A DNA stretch of 64,000 nt, from the NCBI RefSeq assembly GCF_009914755.1, contig NC_060926.1. One strand, 5' to 3'. This stretch comes from the human T2T-CHM13v2.0 reference genome, Homo sapiens. The notes under the pieces are model-generated. The model was not told the origin of the DNA, ran no database searches, and saw nothing but the letters and a program-made list of their open reading frames with translations. Shown here in pieces: positions 1 to 13,747 of this stretch. Within the stretch, counting starts at the first letter, position 1, and every line of letters begins with the position of its first letter. A program made the position numbers and the translations under genes.

Positions 1-1039
1 AGTTAGTTACACCTCACAGCTTCTCCGAGTTTGATTCTGTCCTGTTGGTCACATATGTCACAGCTCTCAACAGATACAACAATAAGCACAAAGGACTGAG
101 AAGGCCAATTTATATTGCCTTTTTCTAGGCTATATGCAAAGGCCATTTCTAAAATCTTCGTTATGGAAACACATAACAAGTTGCAATTTCCTTCTGATTA
201 TTAGGAAGGACAAGGAAGGGCAGAAATGTTCTTCTCTGCTCAATGATCCATGCAGTTTGAACGATATCCATCGTAGGCAAATTCAAGGCAGAGATAAGTT
301 GAGATGTATAGCTCAGCAGCTCTCATAAACGAATTTAGTTCAGGTTGAATTAAGGTGATCTGTGAAAATGTGTTCCAAAACGATTCTCTTCAGTATTGGG
401 GACACCAAATCATTGTGAAAAATGGCTTAGCACTTTTGGTAAATGTTTCTATTATAGCCTCATAACTCTATAGAAGTTAGACTAGGGACCTCTAATGAGC
501 TTATTGAAATGGTGACCACTAAATACTATTTAATATTTGCTGTCCTTTTCTGAAGGCAAAAATATCTCTTCATTATGTTTTTGCTGACTGTTCTCAGCTC
601 TATTGTAAATGGGTAGAAAGACCATATTTTCCCGGCAGGGAAAAAACAGTCTGCTAAAGCTAGGAATTACAAGTGATTGTTCTTGGTGAATAAGGGTGAT
701 GGCACTTGAAAGAGACAGGGACTTTTTCTGCTGGAGAATTCTACAAGCAGCATTTTCAGATTTAACGGAAAATGTCAGGCGTCAGATTTCTCTCATTGTT
801 TACTTATCAACCTAGGCCAAATTCAGCTTAGAACTACTTCAATCCCACTTTATAATGTGTTGCAGGGATCAAGGAGATGTTAAGGAGGCCAGGGAAGGTT
901 TCAAGGCATGGGGCACTTCCGGAGGAGAACTAAAGAAGTATGATTTCACTGGCTACTGAAAGGGAAGGGATTAAGTCTCTACATTCAGTACAATTGGGAA
1001 TCATTAAGTATTTCAAACATTTGGAAAGCATGAGAAGAT

Positions 1040-2450
1040 TTACCTTTGGAAAAAAAGATCACTTGGGTAACTGACTGAAAGGAAGAAAGAGTTTATAAAA
1101 GTGAATCAGTTAGGACCCTATTGCAATTGAGTTGTCCAGGTAAGAGATACTGATAGGTTGTATGAGGGCAAAGATGGTGGTTATGTACATGAAAATATGT
1201 ATTTGAGACATAATTAATATGTAATCTAGGCAGGATTTGAAAATAGATGCAGAACAAAGAAGGAAGTTGTAAGAATCACCTTAGGAGGCTGAATAACTCT
1301 GGAAGAGGTCCAGTTTCTACTAATTAGTTAGTTAGGGTGCAAAGTGGGATAAGTTGGTACAGAAAGATTATTGACTTGGTTTTGGACATTTTAAGAATAA
1401 AGTCTTATGAAGACATCAAGGTGTAGAAGTACAGTAAGCAGGTGAATATACTGGTCCGAACTGCAGGGGTAGTCTAGCCTGGATATAAAGATTGGTGAGG
1501 ATCCTGCATTGGTGGTAATTAAAGCTAAAGGAATAAATATATTCTTGTAGGGGGAGGATACTGAGTAAAGATCTTGGACAGGACTGAGGACCTACAAAAT
1601 TTAATGCTTAGGAGAGAAGGAGATGTCAGAAAAGGGGGATAAGCAGTGAATAGGAGAAGAAGAAGGACAATGAGATATCTCAGAAGCAAAGGAATGAGTG
1701 TTGTAAGAAGGATGAAGCATCAGCAATATCAAGTAAGATCAGAATTGAGACACATCCCCTGGATTCAGTGACATGGAGACATTTTGTGAAACAATGAAGA
1801 AAAGAAAGCACATTTGAGTAGAATATGGGCAGTGAGTACATGTAACGCCTTATGAAATTTGACTCTGCAAGGAAATAGAGAGACAGGGTATTAGATGAAT
1901 CAGGAGGGAAATGGCATGTCAAGAGGGGTTTTTGTTTACTTGTTCTTTATATGGGGGACACTTGATCATGTTTAAAAGTAAATAGATTAAGAACAATAAT
2001 GAGGTAGGAGAAATAATTTTCATTATTTCTAAATAATGGAAATTATTTAGAAAATGGTATAGTTCAAGGGTCTAGCAAGGACTAAGGTAGATCAGGGAGT
2101 GCGCACTGAAGATGGAGTGGCAATGTGGGTCACTGGAGGAGGGAGTCAAGGAAATGAATGGTCAGCGGGTTGGACCGGGAATTCATGTGGATGATAAAGT
2201 GCTCAGATTTATAGCAGGACTTGGAGTGAAGGGCTGTGGACCAAGTACCAAAGTCTATAACTCATAAGAGCACAATCAAACACGTGATAAAAGACAGCAA
2301 TGAGGAAGGGACAGAGTGGTATTGCTGTATGGCCTAGAAATCAAAGCAGCAGAAATTTTCATTAGAGGGTCAAAGCAGTGGTAGAGAGTAAGGAAGACGC
2401 CTCCACCTTTGAAGCCTAAGGTCACAACTGAGAGGGCTGTACGAGAAGTA
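1040..2450 (-). mobile_element. L2 LINE relic (antisense, purine-rich strand)
   Basis: Degenerate match to the L2 antisense core 'gttttggacat...gacatc.aggtg.aga.gt.cagta.gcag.tg.atata' at about 1378-1530; GA-rich throughout; boundaries approximate. Confidence 0.7.
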
Positions 2451-2489
2451 GGATCTTCAAGGAAGGTGCATATTCAGTTAAAACCAGTC

Positions 2490-2807
2490 GCCAGGCGCGG
2501 TGGCTCACCCCTGTAATCCCAGCACTTTGAGGGGCTGAGGCACGCGGATCATGAGGTCAGGAGATTGAGACCATCCTGGCTAACACAGTGAAACCCAGTC
2601 TCTACTAAAAATACAAAAAAAAATAGCCAGGCCTGGTGGCGGGCGCCTGTAGTCCCAGCTACTCGGGAGGCTGCGGCAGGAGAATAGCGTGAACCTGGGA
2701 GGCGGAGCTTGCAGTGAGCCGAGCTTGTGCCACTCACTGCACTCCAGCCTGGGCAACAGAGCGAGACTCTGTCTCAAAAACGAAAACAAAAAAAAAAAAA
2801 CAAAAAA
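2490..2807 (+). mobile_element. AluY, full length
   Basis: Dimeric Alu with Y diagnostics (ccatcctggctaacac, gcggagcttgcag); A-rich tail; TSD AAAACCAGTC at 2480-2489 and 2808-2817 at a TT|AAAA site. Confidence 0.95.
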
Positions 2808-5139
2808 AAAACCAGTCATCCTGAGGATGCTCAAGGGTGAGACTGGGTTTTGGGGGTATTTTTACTATATGTGGAATAGCAGACCCACTAGTTACTATGA
2901 AAGGTTTAGCATTCCAAAAATAATAATTATCTTATAAAGTATCTTTGCTAAATACTTAAAACTTAAATACTAAAAACAAGTATACATAGTAAATTTTTAA
3001 AAATTAATTTCTCAAAACTTATCTAAATTTGCTTTTGGTCAATTCAAATTGAGTTTTTAAATTAATAAGTCCTATTTCTCTGTATGCTACACTTCAGAAA
3101 CAAGTTGTTTCTGTCTGCGATATTAGTGATCTTGCTATTTTCTTAAAACTGGAAATAATCATAATTACATTTTCCCTAAACATTATACATGGCATATCTA
3201 ATTGTGCCACCGGAAGACTTCATCAAACAGCCACTCTAATAAGGAAAGCATAGCTTTTATTTGAATGGGGATTTTCAGTGCACTCAATGCCAACGTGCAT
3301 GGTAGACTGTGATGTAAAAATGCAAGGCTGTGCTTCACCCTGAACGCAGTGGGTCTTCTACATGGATAAAATTTGGTAGCTGTCCAATGGCTCCCTACAG
3401 TTGCCCACAATAACCAGAACCTCAAGAACCCTTACCAACTCAACCAAGCGGGAGGATTGAAAGGCAAAGTGTTAGCACCCAGATGGGTATACTTTTTATT
3501 ATTGTTACTTCTATATCTATCTGTATTCATTTTTCTTCCTTGGAATGTACTCAGCTCTATTCTGGGGAGCTTAGAGAATCTTATCCTCTCATCAGAAAGT
3601 TGATGAAGGAATGAGAGATGCTGTGGAATGGGCAATTTTAATTAGAGACATTTGAATAACATGGAAACTGAGGACAGAATTTATAAAATGAGTTACTTGT
3701 TGAACCAGAGATTTCTAGATCTCAATTTGCCAGTTAGCTTTGGGCCTTAACATATCATATAGTGTCATTTTCAATTCCATTTTAAATGCCTAGAAGTGCT
3801 TTATTCATAGACACCTATGTTGCCAACTATCTTTTTAGAAACTGGCTCCAATTTTTTCCCCTCTCTCCAATACATAACAAGCATGTATGCTATAACTTGC
3901 CAAAAAAGAAACAGGCACCCATTCCTATAAGATTAGCTCTAAAAAGCTACAATCATCACAGCCAGTGATAAAAACTTCTATTCCTAATTGGCTACGGGGA
4001 TTAGGGATATAGTTCTTGAGACCTGAAAGTCACACAGACACTGGAAAAATGAAGAGAATGGTAATTTTCCAGTGTCCCTAATTAAAGCCATCTGTGTTTC
4101 CCCAGTGTGGTTCCCCTAATGTATTCTAATGCAAAATATCCTCTCCCCTTGTTTATTTTGGAACACAGCTGTTGTCTTAATTGAGCCTAACAGATAATGG
4201 AAATACTGTTGCTTTCCTTCCCCTTCTTCAAACCAGCAGTTTGTGGGATTTGAGGGAGATGGAAGGGAATCTTCTTTACTGCTGGGAATCTATATGTTCG
4301 TTTTAATTCTCCAAATTTATTTAGTTTAAAAAACGGGGATGGAATATATATGTATAGATGTGTGCACATACATGTGTGTATGCAACTTCTCTTGGAAGTT
4401 GAACTTTGGATAATTGCTTTCCTCTGAAGTCTTTTAATAGATACTTTTTCCCCACATTGTTATCACGTGATACATTCAGTGATTTCAGTTGGACTTACAA
4501 AGATTTTTTTTCTAGCATTTACCTTCTCCAAACTGAAGGAGGTACAATAATAAAGATTGGTTGGTTTGCACTTTTCCCACTTCCTACCCATTCCACCTGC
4601 CCACCTCCCCCACCCCAAAGTCATTGCATGCTACTTTGAGCAAGTTAAACTATTTCAAATTCCATTGTTGTCTTGATCTCTAGCAATTTACTTATATCAT
4701 TACAGGATATTTCAGACTTCTGTAATTTAGTTTTTGCGGGCATGAAACATAAAATCTCATGGGCTGTCATGAATGAAAATAATGCAACTTTTAAAAACTA
4801 ATAGCTCAGAATTTGCAATTTTAGAAAAATATTTTTATTAAGTCCCAAAAACAGTTCTATAGGAGCTTCTTTTTCCTATACATTTTCACTTCACACCTTT
4901 TTCTTGTTCATTAGATAATGAGTTTTAAATTATTTTCTATTGGGAGAATAAAAAGACAAGTCAGTCTTTTCTACAGATTTTTTTAATTACTGTAGTTAGT
5001 GTGATACATGAAGAGTGTGATTTCACACACAATTGTAATTACTGTTTTGAACATGGCTATAAATTTGTGCTGTAAAATACAGAAATTCCAAAAAATTTAT
5101 ATTGCATGAGTTTCAGCAAAAAAAGAAAAAAGAAAATGT

Positions 5140-5835
5140 ATGGGGTTCCATACACAATGTAACTAGTTCTGGACTTGACCTCCTGCCATAAACTATAACA
5201 CTGGACAAAATATAAAGGACTGACATTGACAATAGGAAGGACTGTAATTCCTGGAAGGACATCACAAAAAATGTGCCTCACATTCACCATGGCTTTCTGA
5301 TTGAGGCTAGTTTCCTGATTCTGGCAAGAGGTAGAATCCAGGCAAAAACCTAATGAGTGGTATTCCTTCGGTGAGAAGGCAGATATGGAACCCAGGAGTG
5401 CTGAAGTCCATGGAACTTTCCAGGGAAGATATAGGAAAGGAGAGAATTCTGTATATGGGGGAACCACAGAAATTGCGTGGAGTTTCCTGTAGGACCTTAG
5501 TGAAGGCCTGGGCTGCATAGGTATGGAGTGAGACCCCTTGACTACTAGCAGAGAACAGCCAACATGGAGTGAAAAGTGAAATAATGATACTAAGGGTCAC
5601 ACAATGCTGGCAGAAATAAGTGCTCTAGCCCAGTCAGAATGGTAAAATCCTGTAAAGATCCATTCTTTTACCTAAGACACCAGAAAGGGCACCCCTTTGC
5701 AGTAAGAACACCCTAGAATAAGGGCAACTCTAGTGAAACTTAAAACCAAACCTCAACAGGATCATAGAGAGTTGCCAAAAATATTAACTCCCTGGCCCCC
5801 AAAATAAAACAAAAAAATAGCAGCAGCTCAATACT
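5140..5835 (+). mobile_element. Old L1M (L1MD/L1ME-type) 5' UTR fragment
   Basis: Resembles the L1M 5' end ('aaactataacactggacaaaatata...gacattgacaatagg.aggactgt.attcctg'; ends 'aaaa..ctcaatactctt'); collinear with the L1 resuming at 7811. Confidence 0.55.
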
Positions 5836-7810
5836 CTTCAAGTTGAGATTTGGGTGGGGACACAGCCAAACCATATCATCCCGCCCCTGGCTCCTCCAAA
5901 TCTCATATCTTCACATTTCGAAACCTATCATGTCTCCCTAACAGTCCCCTAAAGTCTTATCTCATTTCAGCATTAACCCAAAAGTCCACAGTCCAAAGTC
6001 TCATCTGAGATAAGGCAAGTCCCTTCTTTCTGTGAGTCTGTAAAATCAAAAGCAAGCTAGTTACTTCCTAGACACAATGGAGGTACAGGTATTGGGTAAA
6101 TATAGCCATTCCAAATGGGAGAAATTGGCCAGAAAAAGGGGGTTACAGGGCCCATGAAAGTCCAAAATCCAGCAGGGCAGTCAAATTTTAAAGCTTCAAA
6201 ATGATCTTCTTTGACTCCAGGTCTCAAATCCAGGTCATGCTGATATAAGAGGTGGGTTCCCATGGTCTTGAGCAGCTCCACCCCTGTGGCTTTGAAGGGT
6301 ACAGCTCCCTCCTGCCTGCTTTCATGGGCTTGTGTTGAGTGTCTGTGGCTTTTCCAGGTGCATGGTACAACTGCCGGGGGATCTAGTATTCTGGGGTCTG
6401 GAGGACGGTGGCCCCCTTTTCATAGCTCCACTAGGCAGTGCCCCAGTAGGGACTCTGGATTGGAGCTCCAAGCCCACATTTCCCTTCTGCACTGCCCTAG
6501 CAGAGGTTCTCCATGAGGGTCCAACTCCTGCAGCAAACTTTTGCCTGGGCATCCAGGCGTTTCCAGACATCTTCTGAAATCTAGGCAGAGGTTCCAAAAC
6601 CTCAATTCTTGACTTCTGTGCACCCACAGACCAAACACCACACATAAGCCACCACAGCCTGGGGCTTCCACACTATGAAGCCATAGCCTGAGCTGTACAC
6701 TCACCCATTTCAGCCATGGCTGGAGAGGCTGTGACACACGGCACCAAGTCCCTAGGCTGCACACAGCATGGGGACCCTGGGCCCGGCCCATGAATCCACT
6801 TTTTCCTCCTGGGCCGCTGGGCCTGTGATAGGAGGAGCTGCTGTGAAGGTCTCTGACATGGCCTGGAGATATTTTCCCCATGGTCTTGGGGATTAACACT
6901 AGGCTCCTTGGTACTTTTGCAAATTTCTGCAGCCAGCTTGAATTTCTCCCCAGAAAATGGGTTTTTCTTTTCTATCGTATAGTCAGGCTACACATTTTCC
7001 AAACTTTTATGCCCTGCTTCCCTTATAAAACTGAATGCCTTTAACAGCACCCAAGTCACCTCTTGAATGCTTTGGTGCTTAGAAATTTCTTCCACCAGAT
7101 AACCTAAATCATCTATCTCAAATTCAAAGTTCTACAAATCTGTAGGGCAGGGCCAAAATGCTGCCAGTCTCTTTGCTAAAACATAATAAGAGTCACCTTT
7201 GCTCCAGTTCCCAACAAGTTTCTTATCTCCATCTGAGGCCACCTCAGCCTGGACCTTATTGTGCATATTGCTATCAGCATTTTTGTCAAAGCCATTCAAC
7301 AAGTCTCTGGGAAGTTCCAAACTTTCCCACATTTTCCTATCTTCTTCTGTGTTCTCCAAACTGTTCCAATCTCTGCCTGTTACCCAGTTCCAAAGTTGCT
7401 TCCACATTTTCGGGTATCTTTTCAGCAATACCCCACTCTACTAGTACCAATTTATTGTATTAGTTCATTTTCATGCTGCTGATAAAGACATACCCTAAAC
7501 TGGGAACAAAGAGAGGTTTAATTGGACCTATAGTTCCATGTGTCTGAGAAGGCCTCAGAATTATGGCAGGAGGTGAAAAGTACTTCTTACATGGTGGCAG
7601 CAAGAGAAAAATGAGGAAGAAGCAAAAGTGGAAACCCCTGATAAACCCATCGGATCTTCTGAGACTTATTCACTATCACAAGAATAGCACAGGAAAGACC
7701 AGCCCCCATGATTCAATTACCTGCCCCTGGGTCCCTCCCACAACACGTGGGAATTCTGGGAGATATACTTCAAGTTGTGATTTGGGTCGGGACACAGCCA
7801 AACCATATCA
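5836..7810 (-). mobile_element. THE1A MaLR provirus: complete 5' LTR 7456-7810, internal region 5879-7455, about 43 bp remnant of 3' LTR 5836-5878
   Basis: 355-bp LTR 'tgtattag...gacacagccaaaccatatca' with THE1A motifs (aaacccctgataaacccatc, aagagaaaaatgaggaagaagcaaaa); internal ORF relics such as WNSLE..EEDRKMWESLELPRDLLNGFD (ORF 7132-7428). Confidence 0.93.
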
Positions 7811-10290
7811 CCAGGTATAAAGATGAGTTGAAGAAAGTAAAATATAAACTGGTACAATATTAATTCTATGTAGACTTTGATAAGAATACAACCACTAAAG
7901 AGTAATAAAAAGAGACATTACTAAAAACTAAAAAGCCAGTATAGGAAATAAAGTGGAATACAAAGGATGCTTAACTCAAAGACAGCCTCAAACAGTGTAA
8001 AATAGTGTAAAAATAGTATAAAAAGAATAGTGTAAAAAAAGACATAAATAGAAAAACTAGCAAATTGTTAGACTTAAATCTGACCATAACAATATTACAT
8101 TGATATGTAGTAAACTAAATACTCCAGTTGAAGTTAGATATTGCTAGACTAGATAAAATAGCAAGGCCCAAACATATAAAAGGGAAACACTTTAAATATA
8201 ATGATGGAGATGGTCTGAAAGAGTAATAATATGTCATGTAACAGCATAAGAAAGAAAAAGAATATTACACATAAAGATGACCATTTCATAATGATAAAGA
8301 GAGGCTAATTCAATGAAAAGACAAAATAATTATAGATTTATATGTAACTAAAAATAGAACTTCAAAATTTTTAAAGCAAAAATGGACAAAACTAATGGAA
8401 GAAATAAGTCAATCCATAATCACGGTGGGGAATTTTAATATCCTATTATCACTAATTGTTAGATGAGCAGTCAGAAGAATTCATTGTCAAAAGGATATAG
8501 GGGATCTGAACAATACAATCAACTCAGTGGATCTGATTCACATATTCAGAATACTAAACCCAGCAGTTACAGAGCACAAGAGCACACATTTTTTTTAAAG
8601 TCTCAACATTCTTGAAGATAATTAATTCTTGTAGACTATGTTCTTTAACCATAATGTAATTAAATTAAAAATTAATAGCAATAAGATACTTGTAAATTTA
8701 TCAAGTAATTAGAAATTATAAAACACTTCTAAATAACTCAAACCTCTATAATGAGTCAAAGAATAAATCACTTGGGAAGTCAGAAAAACTTTCAAACTGA
8801 ATGATAATGCAAATATAACTTTACAATTTGTGATGCAGCTTAAGCAGTTCTTAGAGCTATGTGTATAGGTATAAATGCATATTTTACAAAAGAAAATAAG
8901 TTTAAAATTAATAATCTATATTTGTACATTAGAAAGCTAAGAAAGAAAAGGATATTCAAATCAAAGTAATCAGAATAGAGAGAATAAAGATAAGAACAAA
9001 AAACAAAGTAGAACAATAAACAAAGTCAACAAAAATAAAACTTGGTACTTTGAAAAGATTACCAAAATTCACAAATCCAAGCAAATCTTAATAGGAAGAA
9101 AAGAGGAAAAATACAGATTGCCCATATGAGATGGAAGAAAGAATCCACTACAGATTTCAGAGCCATAATAAAAGGATGGTAAAAAATATTGTGAATAACT
9201 TTTTCAATAAATTCAATAACATAGGTGTAATGGAAAAGTTACTTGAAAGTCCTTCTTGCTAATACTTATAAAGGTGAAATCAGAAATATGATTATTATTT
9301 TTAGGAATGAAATTGAATCCATAATCAAAACCTTTCCTGTTACTATAACTTCCCATGTAATATAACATGATTTCATTAGTAAACTTCATCAAACATATAA
9401 AGAATAGAAATCTTAAACTCTTCAGATAAAGGAAAAAAGGAATACTTACCCATATTTTTTATTATACCAAAAACTGTCAAAGGCATTAAAAGAAATCAGT
9501 ATCTTTTATAAACATAATAAAAAATCTTAAAAATCTTAGAAAATTGAATCCAACAATATATAAAAAGGTAAAATGTCACGATCTATCAAGTGGATGGATC
9601 TAAGATACAAAAACTTCTAATAATACAAAAATTTCAACATTAATCATTAGTCAACACTAATCTAAGTTAATAGAATAAAGGAGAAAAAAAATCTTATTAT
9701 TGTCTCAATAGAAGCAGTAAAAGCATGTTACAAAAGTCACTTGGGATAAAAGTTTCCAGCAAATTAAAAACCAAAAGAACTTTATCCATTTAATAAAAGG
9801 GATCTGTGGATATATTGAATGCTTTTCACTAAGACTGGGAAAAAGCAACAATGGCCACCCTTAACCATTTTATCTAGTATTATCTTGGATATTCCAGCCT
9901 GTATAATAAGGCAAGGAAAGGTGTAAGGATTAGAAACATATTTTCTATATGTTCTTTCATATGGAAAATATTAAAGAATATCTCAAAGTTATGAAAATTA
10001 GTAAGTGAATTTGATGTTACAATATACATAAATGAACAAACAATTGGCAAATAAGGTTCTTATAATAGCAAATAGCAAATATTAGATTTTTAACAAACAA
10101 CAAAATATGTGCAAAATCTCTATAATGAAAACTATAAAATATTGCTGAGAGAATTTAAGGACCACTTACAAAGTAGAGAGATATACCATATTTGTCAATT
10201 ACAAGATACTGTTAAGATATCAATTCTTTCCAAATTGACCTATCTATGCAATTCCAATCAAAATCCAAGTGGGCATTTTAAAGAATGGGA
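7811..10290 (+). mobile_element. Old L1M inter-ORF region plus degenerate ORF2
   Basis: A-rich; ORF 10109-10306 (QNLYNENYKILLREFK..) resembles L1 ORF2; many frameshifts. Confidence 0.8.
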
Positions 10291-10399
10291 GCTAATGAAA
10301 AAATGAATTGCTCTGCGTAAAGTAATAGAAATCTTCTGTTAAAAAACAAAAAACAAAACAGCAAGAAACCGATGAAAATGACAACTGACAATGAGTCTT

Positions 10400-10680
10400 C
10401 TTTTCCATGAGACAATAGAGGTGATGGGGTCTATGTCAAACTGAAGAGCACACTTGTCTCAGAAGGGTCACACCTACTGATTTAGTGTTACTTGATGTGT
10501 CGAAATGGTAGTGGCCAGTATTATGAATTTCTGACTTTTCAAAGGAAGCTAGAAATTATTTATGTGAAAGTTTCTAATTTCAATTTTCAGAATACTTCAA
10601 CCCATTTTTTCTAACCATAAGAATGGGAAAAATGAGATGTCTGAGAATCTGAGGTTCATATTCCATCATTATGTGTTCTG
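10400..10680. mobile_element. MER103C-like hAT DNA transposon relic
   Basis: 'ggccagtatt..ttctgacttttcaaaggaagctagaaat..ttatgtgaaa' resembles the MER103 core. Confidence 0.5.
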
Positions 10681-10834
10681 GTATAGACTTTAAGAGATGG
10701 TAGTTTTGTAAAGAAAATAGCCAATGGGAGATAAGGTTGAGTTGGAATTTAAAGACCTAAGCCCATAAATTTTAATATGTATTGAATACTTTCTTTGTAT
10801 CAGGAAGTAAATGTAGGAACTACTTGTATTTTTG

Positions 10835-10940
10835 AAAAGGAAACTGAGTCTTCAAAAAGTAGCACATACAGGGAAGAGCTGGTGTTTAAACTCAAGTTCG
10901 TATGATTCTTGAGCACAAACTGTCAGCCACATAACTCTGT
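10835..10940 (-). mobile_element. MIR fragment
   Basis: ggaaactgag...agagctgg.gtttaaactcaag. Confidence 0.5.
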
Positions 10941-12439
10941 TTCTCCCCAGTCCTTAGTAGGTGTCTGGAAAAAGTCCAAGTTAAGGAAGCAGCACAAGTA
11001 AGGGGTGGAACTTAGAACTCAGCACAAAGCATACCTCTTATCTTATCTGTGTTGTTTCCTCCCAATTGCCACCATCAATTGCCACCATCAAGAACAGCAC
11101 AGCTTTGTGTTACCATGTCAGGACCAAGACAATCAGCACACTTACTCTTTGCATTGAGAACATCCTCCAGGAATGTCATTCATTGTTTAAGACTTATCAC
11201 TGTCTCTGCAAGCAAAGCTCATAGTCTCAGCTGACCTCAGTGAACACAGTAATTTCCAGACATGAAACTAATAATCTACTTGAGCATTTGTGAGTCCAGT
11301 GGAGTGAACTGCATTACCCACTCCCATGTGTGATTAAAATCAGAACAAGAAGACAGGCTCAGGAAGCATAGTAAAGCCCAGGGACACACAGGGGGATACT
11401 GGTTATGCTTTCCAGCCTGCCTGCCTCCCAGGTCTTCCACCTCCATCACTTCCTGGGAAACTCCACCACCTCTGCAAGGATCCTAATGTGGTTCAGGGGA
11501 GGAAGACCCAAGGACAGAGAATGTTGTTCCAAATAAAGATGGATCCTTGTCCTCAGAGAGCCAAGGGGACACTCCTGCTCCCAGAGGGCTCTAACTAGAT
11601 AAAAACAGAGTTGAGTTGGTATGTATTAGTATAGCATGCTGGTAGGCAATCCATAGACAAATGTGGATGCCTAGTCATCTCCAGTACACATGGGGTCTTG
11701 GCTTGCCAAGATGCACTGCTGGTACCTTCCTTTCCTTAATGCCTCCCTCCTGTTCCTTGCTGCATCCACCTCTTTATTCCCCCAAGTCTTACGTGGGAAA
11801 TATCAAGAACAAAGGCAAAGCAAAAATAGTCCTGAGATGTTTGAAAAATACCACTAAGGGAAAGACTGTAGAGTGTGTTTGCTCAAGGCAGTTTTTTAAA
11901 ATAATGTTAATTCAGTGGACTAGTCTTCAGAACATTCACAGCTAGTGGATAGAACACACACTGCTGTAATATAGTAAGTGCCACACAGAGATCTATACCC
12001 AGTGCTTTCCTTACCCCCACTTCCAATTGGCTTCAGGCAAAATTAATCGCACTCTGGAAATCCTCATACATTGAAGTTGGGGACAGGACAACACAGCTTG
12101 AGCTCTGCACATGCCAAGAGGGCAATTTTCCAGCCCCACACCCTACTCAGTTGTGCAATGCAAACTCATCTATAATTTCCTACCTAAACTGGAGCTGTTT
12201 CAGTGGGAGGACTTTATTCCCTGTGGTTTTTAGTACATTTTGACTTTCACTGCCATGAGGTGACTTCTCTTAGTTAAGCCAAGCAGAGGCATCTCACTAT
12301 TTGATTGGCATGTGCCTTCACAGGAGAGTGAGCAAACATCCTGGACAGCAAAGGAATGATGCCTGACTTGCAGATGTTTCATTTTGATGGAGGGTCTGAT
12401 GCTTTACTGCTCCAACTCTTCCTGTTTTGTGGGAGAAGA

Positions 12440-12662
12440 GATGAGCTTCCCAGTTAGATGAGTCTGGGTTTGAATCACAGTAATGAATGTCCTTGGGCAC
12501 ATTATTTAAACTCACCGAGCCTTAGTTCCTTCACATGTAAAATTATGACAATAATACTTGCACTACTTAAATCATAGAGTTGTTGTGAGTAGTTAATGAA
12601 ACCATGCCCACAAGCTACTTAGCACAGGACCTAAAACATATGAATTTTCAGTAAAGGTTATT
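12440..12662 (+). mobile_element. MIR
   Basis: ctgggtttgaatc...ccttgggca.attatttaa.ctc..gagcct.agtt..tgtaaaat..gttgttgtgag..cttagcacag. Confidence 0.85.
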
Positions 12663-13733
12663 TATTGCACCAACTGCCACCCACTCACACATAAGAGATG
12701 TTCAATAAACACTGTGCAAAATCAACAAGGGAAAAAGACAAAATGAGAACATGCAAACATACATCCTTCAAAGCTGAAGTTACACTTATAAAGTAAACTC
12801 ATTGCATACGTTCTTCTCAAAGCCACCTTCCCTGGGACAGAGAGGCTATATGGTGCACTGACAGGAAACTAAGAGGAGCCACCTGGCATGGCTGACTCCT
12901 GCTTTGTTCAAGAATGGAAACCTTTAGTTGTGCTGAATTTGTGAGATTTGCCATCTCTGGATGCACAAACACAAAACACAACCACATAATGCAGTGTGGA
13001 AATTAAGTATGATACGCTATATCAGTTCTAGGCACATTAGTGGAGATTGAAAATGGTTTCACACTTAGACATTTTCAATGGATGATAAATAGGGTTAATG
13101 GATTGTGACTGAAATACTTCTGCCCTCTTAAATCTTCCAGGAAGCTTTTAAAACTGGTAAATACATATTCTTCATGATGGCTTGCTAAAGTCTGCTCTAA
13201 TTCAATTTCAAGCTGCTTAGGACTGTGCAAAATGCAAAAACCTGCTTGCAGAAACATCCAAACGTTGGCACTTTAAAAAAATAGAAAATGATGCTTTAAA
13301 TCATTAAGCTTCCTAGAGTTTTTTGAAGTCCTATACATTAGCATTGGCCTGGTGATATTCTTTTAAGAATAGAATCCAAGGATAGTATTTTGTTTGCCTG
13401 TTTATCTCTGGAAGTTTTGGAATGCTCAGGCATATTCCTTGGATTGATTTGTGTAATGCTCCACATATGTGGAAAGTCAAAGAGGGATTTTGAGCCATGG
13501 ATCTTGTCATCTTGTAGGATGCAAGGTCCCGCACTTTAAGACACTTAGTCGTGAGGGAACCAGGCTCACTTGAGTCAAAGGAGGAATAAGACAGACAGTT
13601 AGCACTGCCACGCTGTGTAAAGTTACCCACCATTGTTTCCTTAGTATAACTACAAAGGCTTGACAAACATATTCCATGAAGAGCATTATGATCCAGTTAT
13701 CTTTACCAAAGTATTCAGTAGTTACCTGCTGTG

Positions 13734-13747
13734 TTGCCCTCTAGTGA
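13734..13747 (-). promoter_or_regulatory. Candidate CTCF core motif (TCACTAGAGGGCAA)
   Basis: Close match to the CCASYAGRKGGCR consensus in non-repetitive sequence; motif only. Confidence 0.45.

Noticed and set aside
134-328. 64-aa ORF in unique sequence at the window start
   Set aside because: No homology recognised; length expected by chance.
2549-2937. ORFs of 62-84 aa over the Alu (similarly at 16355, 30828, 38232-38640, 49254)
   Set aside because: Standard Alu-frame translations ([26 protein letters not shown]); not genes.
5057-5518. 153-aa - strand ORF
   Set aside because: Antisense to an old L1 5' UTR; no recognisable domain or splice context.
6057-7820. Cluster of overlapping 74-159 aa ORFs
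   Set aside because: All lie within the THE1A internal region or LTR; fragments of the frameshifted MaLR internal ORF and its antisense.
12110-12128. CTCF-like GCCAAGAGGGCAA (also CTCCCAGAGGGCTC near 11578)
   Set aside because: Mismatches at conserved 5' core positions; weaker than the sites at 13734 and 59609.
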